Source: a phage
DNA length: 64,000 bases
Sequence record: PZ171035.1
Direction: 5' to 3' (one strand)
The translations under genes were made by a program, and so were the position numbers. Below the pieces are notes generated by a model that was given only the letters and a program-made list of their open reading frames with translations, was not told the DNA's origin and did no database searches. Below, piece after piece: positions 28,520 to 38,300 of the stretch (position 1 is its first letter; every line of letters begins with the position of its first letter).

Positions 28520-29008
28520 ATGTCAGAAGAAATTAAAGTCCATTTCACCAACTACATTGGAACCAAGTGTGTAAATGGTTTCCGAATGAACAAAGAAACA
28601 TACTGCAAACTTCGTGGCTGGGATGTACCAGCAAATGAAGACCCGCTAGAAGTAGGTTACTTAGTCGAGTACCCAGACTCTAAGTCCAACCAACCTCAAT
28701 TCCGTGGCTATATTAGCTGGTCACCTAAAGCTGCATTTGAAGCTGCATATCGTGACGTAGAAAAGGGTTGTACCTTTGGTCATGCAGTAGAACTTATGAA
28801 AACAGGCTTCAGAATGACCCGTAAAGGTTGGAACGGAAAAGGAATGTATATCACCTTAGTATCCGGTGAAAATTGGGCCATGGATAAACATGAAAATACC
28901 GTTTGTGAGAAACGGGATTGGCTAGGCATTAAAACCGTTGATAACCAGTTTATGCCTTGGGTTCCATCCCAATCGGATGTATTAGCCGAAGACTGGGTAA
29001 TTCTATAG
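28520..29008 (+). CDS. DUF2829-like protein, possible Tad2-type anti-Thoeris sponge with N-terminal extension
   Basis: C-terminal half carries RKGWNGKGMYITLV and PWVPSQSDVLAEDWVI, which match my recollection of DUF2829/Tad2 hallmarks; not verified by search. Confidence 0.35.
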   Translation: MSEEIKVHFTNYIGTKCVNGFRMNKETYCKLRGWDVPANEDPLEVGYLVEYPDSKSNQPQFRGYISWSPKAAFEAAYRDVEKGCTFGHAVELMKTGFRMTRKGWNGKGMYITLVSGENWAMDKHENTVCEKRDWLGIKTVDNQFMPWVPSQSDVLAEDWVIL

Positions 29009-29016
29009 GAAACTAT

Positions 29017-29310
29017 ATGGAACTCTTTAAGAAGGGTCAGCTTATATCAAAGCGTATTGGTGGTTTATATGTTCATCGTAAAGCCAGACACCGTTTAACC
29101 TTTGGTTGTGATGTACAAATTGATGGTAACAATTGGATTGCTGTGCCAGATACTGGAAATTCAATGGTTCATTGTAAGAAGTTAGGTATTCGCAGAAACA
29201 ACGGTACTTACCAAAAGGTACATGCTGATTTTGTAGATATTTACTTTAATGCCAACAAGATTGATTATGTAATCAAAACTGACCGAAAAGCTCTTGTAGT
29301 TAAGAAATAA
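29017..29310 (+). CDS. hypothetical protein
   Basis: ATG 29017 with AGGAAA RBS preferred over ORF-track 28957; last + strand gene before the convergent late operon. Confidence 0.4.
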   Translation: MELFKKGQLISKRIGGLYVHRKARHRLTFGCDVQIDGNNWIAVPDTGNSMVHCKKLGIRRNNGTYQKVHADFVDIYFNANKIDYVIKTDRKALVVKK

Positions 29311-29315
29311 AATAG

Positions 29316-29345
29316 AAGCCCCTCATTAGAGGGGCTTTTTCATTT
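29316..29345. terminator. bidirectional rho-independent terminator between convergent operons
   Basis: AAGCCCCTC-ATTA-GAGGGGCTT with T-rich tracts on both strands; sits between + strand stop (29310) and vRNAP stop (29344). Confidence 0.7.
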
Positions 29346-32300
29346 AGTTAGTAAGATTGAGCCACGGGTTCAGGGTATGAGCACGTAAGCCTTGACCGAA
29401 ACCGAAGGAGTAACCAAGATTGCCCTGTGCAGCAATACTAAAGATGTTGTCCTGAATAGGCAGGCCAACGTTACCAAACATGGTAGGGGTTGGGGCCAAC
29501 ATAGCCATAGCAGCATGAACTGGGTTATTACGAATCATGGACACTGCAACTTTTGCAGAACGAATCTTAAAGTTGTAGAACCACATCAGACCAACGCTTT
29601 CCATATACCCACGGAAACGACCAGGCAGACGGTCATAGTTAATGAACTCTTCCGTTACACGTCCCAGTGCTTCTTCGCGAGTCTTACCTTTACGCTGAGT
29701 TAGTTCATCATAGATGATTGCTTTAGCAATAAAGTCAGAGTACTCAACCGTCTTCTGGATACTCTGGAACAAAGCAGTATCCTTAGTGATAAGTGCATAA
29801 CGACCTGCGTTACGTACAGACTTAGGCAGCTTATCGGCTAGCTTATCCATATATTCGTGAAGTTTACCTTCAGTAATCAGAATGTCATCACGCCCAATAC
29901 CAGCATCTGCAATTGAAGAGAACTCACCAGCTTCCAATAGAGGCCAGATACTCAAACGCTTATGGCTATCCGTAATGGACTGAATCTCAGCCTTAAGTTT
30001 ACGAATCTGGTTCGGGTTAGTAGCTGCACGTAATTCTGCTTCTGCATCTACCTGACGCAGGCGAGATTTCAGGTACTGGTTAATCTCAGCAGTCTTCTGT
30101 GGAATGCTCTTAGCAATGTTCTTAACCGGTACACCACGAGCAACCATCTGGTAAAGGTTAGCCAGGAAGTTAACAGCAGGTACAACTACTGACTTAACCA
30201 CAATCAGAGTCTTAGCTTCTTTAACTAAGTTTTGAACCAGGTTCTCTCCACCCATTACATATTTATAAGCACGGTTACCGAAGACACCCAACATAGCTTT
30301 CTTGAAGGTATCCAGTGTTTCTGGGGACCAACGAGAATTACCAGACCAGGCATCACCAACGGAAGCTGCACGATAACCTAAGGCATCATTAAGCATGTCA
30401 CGACGTACCCACAACTCACCTGGACCAAACAGACTTTCTGCTTTCTGACGAGTTTCACTATTCATCAGCTTAAGTGCATCGGCAGTTACTGGGTCCAGTT
30501 TAGAACCAAGAAGGTTAACGTACTGGGACTTATTAGAAGCAGACATCTTAATGTCGTTCTCATACATGCTATGCAGGTTCTCAATTAGCATATCGTTGAA
30601 ACGCTGAGCCTTAGCCTCTTCTACCTGACGACCACGCCATACACCGATTGCACGAGCAAGATGGTTCTCACCTTCAATGTGCTTCAGCATGTTAGGGTCA
30701 ATAGATTGCTCGTAAGCAACTACATTACCATTAGCATCATATACAGGCAGCAGAGGTTCATTACCACGTTCACCACGAGCAAGTGCTTTAGTGATACGGT
30801 CTACAGAAGGCTTGTCAGTGATACGACCCGCTACCATGGTTCCCATCGTAAAGCCTGTACCAAGGTCTACACCACCAGCAGTATTTCGAACGTTCTGTAA
30901 GATACCCTGTGAGAATGGGGCCTGTGCCTGTACTGGTGCGAAGTAGTAGCTACGTGCTGGACCACGGTTAGCAGAGCTACCTTGATAAGTACCCAGACGT
31001 ACATAGGACTTCTCAATCAAATCACCAAACTGGCTATCTTCAGCAACAATCAGATTAACACCCTGTTTAGTCTCACTAGGGATATGCCCTTTGTACTGGT
31101 TCAGGGTTGCACGCATATCAGATTTGGCTTTAGCCATTTCATCTTTACGCTGACCAACCAGGTAAGAGGTGGCAAAGTCCATCCCATCAACTTCTGTCTG
31201 AGCCAGTGAAGATAACATCTCACGGTCGGACTTGTTCATTGCTTCCAGTGCATACAGGGTAATCAGTTTATCCAGTTGAGCTACATCTACAGTAGAGCGT
31301 GCAGCCTGACGTTCACCCAGCATACGGGAGATTGCAGTAGCATTACGCAGCAGGTTTTTACCGACAGTACCATTAATCATGTACTGAGCCAGTTGCTTAG
31401 ATTTACGGTTAATCAGAGGCCAGTTACGACCAGCTTGTTTCTGCAAATCTGCTTCCAGCTTATTCACTTCACGGTCAACAATCTTCTGGTCAGTCAGTAA
31501 GTCACGGATTTCAGCCAGTGACATAGTGTCACGCAGGACAGCTAAATCTGTTTTACCCATACCAGTATGCATTACTTTCCACTCATCATTAGTCAGCTTA
31601 CGGCTGAACTTAGATGCGATAGTAGTAGGCAGATGTTCACGGAACTGCTGACGGTCTGCCTGCACCTGTGCACGTACTGCTTTAATCAAATCGTATACAG
31701 AAGCATTGCTCTTAGTACGACCGGTTAAGTCATTAACCAGGTCATGGAAAGGTTGCCATACCTTACCCTGGTTCATTGCAGCCATAACACCTTCAGCTAC
31801 GATTGCACCATTCTTCTCTGTAGCAATAGCAGCTACCAGTTGTGCAGCATGAGCAGCACCTTTAACCAATGGATTATTGGTATTGGCTGCAACTTCACGA
31901 GCACCTTCCAAAGCACGGGTAGATAGTACATCAATAGAATCCACCAGATACTGGTTAGCACGGTCAATAGCATTACCAGTAGGAGTAGCAACGGAATCAT
32001 AGAAGGATTCTGCATTAAGACTGGTCTGCATAATCGTCTGAGCCAGTGCATCCATACCTTCCTGTACGTTAGTAGCTTTAGTATCACCTGCTACACGAGC
32101 ATTCAGACTAGCCATTGCAGCAGTACCAATGTTAGTCAGCATTGCATCAACGGTATTACCTGATTTCTTATCTGCTTTCATGACAGGAATGTCAGCCAGT
32201 ACTTTACGTACTTCTTCACTTACCATTGCCAGACCAACAAAGGTAGGCAGTAAAGAAGATCGACCTTGTGCATCAAACTCAATGTTGTTAGCACCCATGA

Positions 32301-35300
32301 TGGTATCGAACTTCTGCTGTGCATAATAACGATCAGCAGGGTTAGTACTATCTGGGTCAGCCATAAATGCTTCGACGGTCAGATTCTTAGTAACATGCGT
32401 GTAGTATTCCTGTGCACGAGCCATAGCAGCAGGGTTAACAGCAGCCTCGGTAGCCAGTGCAGCAACAATATTGGTAAAGAGACGCTGTTCCTGCATATTC
32501 ATGGTGAAGCCATGAGCCTGAACATCACGAGTTACTTTAGTTGCATTTACTACTGCATCAGAGAACTTACCTTTGCGAATTACTTGCTGTACTGGTTCTG
32601 AACCAATGTAGTTAGTAATTAGCTTATCAAAGGTTTTCCCTAGCTCTTCCAGACGAGTATTTTCACCATACGCTTTGTTATGGAACAGAGTAGTATCTTT
32701 GGCTACAGCAGCAGTAGGAGCTTGCCCACGCATTACTACAGCAGAGTTAAACAGTAAGCCAGAGAACATATCTTCTGCATTAGCAGGAGCTTTCTTACGT
32801 CCAAATACCAGACGTTTGATTGCTTCATATACAGCCTGAACCATAGTTTTAAGTGCAGTGGTTTTCTTCTGCTTACTAATCAGTTCTCGGTTGGTTAAAC
32901 CCCAAGCCATGTACTCGTTCAGTGCAGCAGCTTTAGCCATTGCTGGTTCAATAAAGCCATTGGATAGGTGACCATTAATGGTATTCAGTGCATCAGCATA
33001 TGCTTCTCGTACTGCCGGAGATTCATCCCTAACATCCAGAGCACGGAACTGATTCATCAGGTCTTCGATGTTCTGGACTGCTTCATTAGGAGTGCCTTCA
33101 TAGTGAGCCAGTACAGATTCAAAAGTAGAAGCATGTACCAATTCATGAACCAGAGTCTCTAAGGAAGGGGTAACTAAGTAGATGGTTTTATCTTCAAAGT
33201 TAGTCCAGCCGTATGCATTACCAGCTTCAGCAGCTTCAATATCTTCCGGTGCTGGGCGAGTAATGTTCTTCTCAATAGCATAGGCATCCAATTGAGCAGG
33301 TGTACCGTAAACAACTTTATAGTCTTTAGCAGCAAGGGATTTCTGTATTTCTTTCAATACTTCTTGCTGTTCAGGAGACATCTCTTTAGCCAGTTTAGTA
33401 ATGGCAGTGTTAGACAGCAGACGTACACCAGACTTCAGTACACGACCAACCTGTTCCATCGCCGGTACTTCTTCCACTGGTTCTGCTTTAGTAGCACGTA
33501 CTGCTTCACGACGCTTATTTAATTCAGCATCAAACAGTTCGTTCAGCTTAGCTACTTGCTGGTCTACAGTAAGACCTTCCAGAGAGATTTTACCGTTGTT
33601 CACATAAGGAGCACCTACGGCAGCCATCTGGTCAACAGTGACTTGTACCTGGTCCATTACCTTGTGACGAATATCTACACCCAGAGCAATGTTACGCAGG
33701 TTACGTTCAATCTGCTCAGCACCGACACGTAACAGGTCATCAGTAGCACCCTCACGTTGGTCATACTCCAGAGCAGACTTAGCGATAGCCTGTTTGGTTT
33801 CATCAGACAGTTTACTGAAGTCTACGTTCTTCATGAACTTAGCGTAGGAGTCATAAACATTCTTGATAGGGTTACCCTGCCAGGAAGTATATACAGCCTC
33901 ATTAGCTTTGCGACTTGCATCAGTGATGTCATTGATACCAATGTTCATACCATCAAAGATTTTCAGGGTATTCTTCGGAGCACCTTTCATAGTAGAAAGT
34001 GTCTGCATCATCATGCCATCACCAGTACCGATGGTCATAAATGGAATACCTGCAACACCTGCCTGTGAAGGAGCATAAATGCTCATTGGCACACGCATAC
34101 GGTCATCTAAGTTAGTAGCCAGTACTTGGTTAGCAACATCAGTATTCTCACTACCAGCAATGTAGAAAGTCTGTGAACCAGTCTCAATCATTGGAGCCAG
34201 TGAAGATAATGATTCCTGGATTTCATTCAGTTCTTTCTGCGTTAAGAAATCACCTTTCTTCCAGGTTGGGTCTTTTTCTTTTTCTGCCAGCTTAGCCTGT
34301 ACTGCTTGCTGGAACATATCCTGCAATACCAGAGATTGAATCTGGGTAGCCTTCTGCAAGTTCTCGGTAGAGTGCATCAGACCTTCACCAACAGTATTAC
34401 GGATACCAGTACGCATTGGTTCAACGAACAGGTGGAGCATGTTCTCTTGTAAGTTCTTCAGGGCATTACCGGATACGGTAAATTTCTGGGGGTCTAACTT
34501 ACCAGTCAGAGCACCATCTACTTGCTGAATAGACAACTCACCTTTACGCATAACTGGAACATTACCAGTCAGTGCTTCCATAGAAGTAAGGAAAGTATCC
34601 AACATAGCCTGAGCATCAGCTTCAGACGCAGCCTCCTTACCAAACATTGCCATAGCTGGGGAAATGCTAGGGTCAGCAGCTCGTGCTTGCAGAACGTCAC
34701 TGAAGCGTTCGTAGATGGTATCAGTAATTGCACTGACCATCTTGCCAGCAATACCACGAGCACCAGAACCATAGATGGTAATGGTCAGTGGGTTTTTAGC
34801 AATACCACGTTTCAGGTCCAGAGTACCGTCTTCATTCAGGTTAAAGTCTTTAATGAACAAGTCCATTAACTTCTGGAGATGATTCATCTGGCTCATAACT
34901 GGAACGTTGTTACGGTAAGTAGTACGTAACTCATTCAGTGCTTGTTGAAGACCATTGGTAGATGCTTCATACAAGTCAACATTATCGTCGATAGAACAAT
35001 GTTCGTTCATCGTTTTACCAGCACGACCAAAGAACAAACCACCTTTGGCAGTGTTCTTAATCCAGTCTGGAGTGAACTTACCACCAGTCATTAATACCAT
35101 TGCGTTGATTGGGCCGTTGGTTACACCATCAGCTTCAACGTACAGTGGAGTAGTAAAATTAGCACGGTCATCACTGTTCAGGTAACGGGCATATTCCATC
35201 AGAGCCATGAGAGCTACGAAGGATTTATCACTACCCAGAGAGGTCTTCAGGATGTCTACTGCATCTGTCGGTAAGTGACCAGACTTATCAAACTCAACCA

Positions 35301-38300
35301 TCATATCAACAGCAGGTTTCAGTTTACCTTCCAGAGCTTTAGTTAACTCTTCAGACATAACTTCACGGGACATTTTATGTACCTTGATGCCTAATGCCTG
35401 AGCCAGACCTAACTGGAAGTCAGAGAACGCTTGGCTGTTTTCATTACTCAAGTCGATAGTAGAGAAGGTTGGTAGGATTGCTTCACGAACCAGCTTACTG
35501 GATTGTGGGTTGTTCTTACCAAGCATCTGCATACGACCTACACGGGTCATGTTATAACCGTAGTGGATAGGTGTATCCAGACCATTCTCTTGTTCTCGTA
35601 TCTGATTAATTACACCGAACAGAGAATCATATGCCATAGACACGGACAGGTTTTTACCTTCCAAAGATTTAGCAGTGTTCGCGTTCAGTAATTCTGGATT
35701 AAGAGTACCAGCACCCATCAGTTCCAGAATGTTGTCACGCCCCAATGCTTCATAGAAGTTAACCATTGGCATATGTACACGGAACTCGGTAGCCTGTTCA
35801 GCTTTCAGTGCAGCTTTCTGTTCAGGGGTATTCTTAACAGCAGGGTTACGCAACTGAGTCTGAGCCACAGAAGGAATGTCATCACCAAAGTACATTTTCT
35901 CTTCTGGTTCTAAGAGGACAGCTTCCTCAATAGCAGTAGGGAATTTATTAATGGCATCATTGTCATCCAACTTCTCAATGGTATACAGACCAACAGTCTT
36001 ATTGGAGTCTGGGTCAATCTCAGACACATCCAACATAGACTCTTTAACTTCACCCATCTCAATGAGAGAAGACAGAATCTCTGTAGCCATTGCCATTGGG
36101 ATACCTTTGGTATAACCCAGCGGTGCATTAGGATTACGATTCAAACCCCAGTAGGATTCAATCTTCTGAGCCAGTGAGTTAGTAGCTTCAACCAGGGTCT
36201 GGGCATTCTCGAACTCAGCCAGAATACCTTCTGGTAACAGAGATGCTTCTACGCCTGTAATAGCAGCTACGTCTTTCATATCTTTAATGGCAGCATTCTG
36301 TGTAGTAGTCAGTCGCCATTGCAAACCAGCAAGCACAGCAGTCTCTAACAACTGGTCGTTGAACTTAAAGGTATCCCCATCTTGTTCAACTATATTCAGC
36401 AGTTTGCCACCTACCCAACGGTTAGCTTCAGTACCTTCTGCAAAACGTTTACCAACGTTCTTATTAGCAAGGAACTTAGCCAGACGTTCAGACAAAGTAG
36501 TCTTCAGAGTTTCACCAAAGTCCATTAAGTCCTGATAACGCTTAATCACATCACTAGTGAGAGCGTTATTTTCTTTTTGAGTGAATGCCTCAAAGCGAGC
36601 AGCAGAAGACAGTGCTTGCTTAATATCAGTCAAAGGAGATTCTGAACCAATGGTACGGGACTTAGGTTCTTCCGGTAAGGTAAATGCTTTCAGGAACTGG
36701 TTCGGTGTCTTTTCATTGTTATAGACAGGGAACACTGTTTCCATTTCTGTTTTGGTTTCAGCTACTTCCTGGATGGTATCCTCATTCTTGAGAATAGCAT
36801 CTACTGTTTCAGGCTTAGTAGTAGAGACTTCTTCTGTTTTTGGACTAGTCTCCTTAGTAGGAGCAGTCTTATTTTCTACCACAGGTTTAGCTTTAGGCTG
36901 TACAGTAGTAGTGTCCTCTTGCACTGGTGCAGGAGATTCATCAACCTGATTCACTGGTTCATTAGTCTGTTGAGACTGAGTGGCATCAAGACCACCTTGA
37001 CGGAACTCTTTAACTACCTGGGCAGCAGGCTTGTTCAGACGTGAATCCAACGAGGTAACTTTCACATGAGAAACATTAAGCTCCGGGTAAGCCGTAGCAA
37101 GTGCATTAGCAATATCAGCTACGGTTTTGGCTTCCAGTCCTACTTGCTGGGCAAACTTAACAGACTTGGTATCGTAAGGATTGACACCGAGGCCAGTACG
37201 ACTACGTACCCATTCACGGGAAGGCGAGAGAGCCTGATAATGAACAGACTTATTCTTATCCGCATTCCCCGAAATCAGATGCTCATTCAACGCTCCGACC
37301 TTATTCTGCATGTGCTGGGCGAACTTCATAAAGTCGCTCAGATAAGCGGAGGCCAAATCGAAGTTACCAGAGTTATACGCAGAACGAATGCGTTTCGCAT
37401 GTTGCAACGCAGAGTACTGTCCTTCATTAGAACGAGACTCGTCGGTTTTAATCTGTTTACTAACAATGTCTTGAGGACGTAAGCCTAGTTCTTCTGCTTT
37501 AGCGTCGAACTCACGTGCACCCTGTAACAAGGCAGCAGCAGATTGCAGGGCAGCACGTTGACGATTACCCAATGTAATCTTACCTTCACTTGCATGTTTC
37601 AGAACCATGTTCACTGAATCCGCATCCAGTACTTCTGGAGATACATCAGCAGCCATAGCAATATTGTTTGCTTGGGCTTGGTTAGCTTCTTCAGTAGCTT
37701 TCAGCTTACCTGCTTCAGCCTGTTCCTGAATCATGGAATGGATAGCACGGAATGCACGAAGTACTTTCGGGGTATTCTGTACGTTAGCCATCAGGCCGGA
37801 GAATTGGTCTACGATTGCAGCAGCAGGAGAACCCTGTTCAAGATTAGCCAGAGCACCTGGGTCACGGTTAATGAAGCTATCCATAGACATGATGTTGTCA
37901 TACATCTGGATTGCAGCTTCCATTTGAACGTTAGGGTCTTCGGCAGTATTAACCAGGTCAGCCATCTTCTGAATAGCTTCAACACGGTTAGTGGAACCAG
38001 AAACAGCTTCACGGATTGCCGGGTTAGCTTGTTCCAATTCTACCGGGTCAAACTTCATTGCCTGAGTTAAGTCAGCAGCATACTGGGTAGCAGCAGCTTT
38101 CTCTTCTGGAGTGATGTCCATTGCATCCACTGCTTCTTGTACAGTTGCCTGTGCTTGTTCTGCCTGAGCAGCAGCTTCCTGTGCAGCAGCATTAACCGTA
38201 GCATCAGCTACAGGGGATGCTTGTTCATTACGCTTAGCAACTTCTTCACCACGTTGAATCAGGATGTTAGTAAGAGGGGATGCAGCTTTTGCTAATGTTT

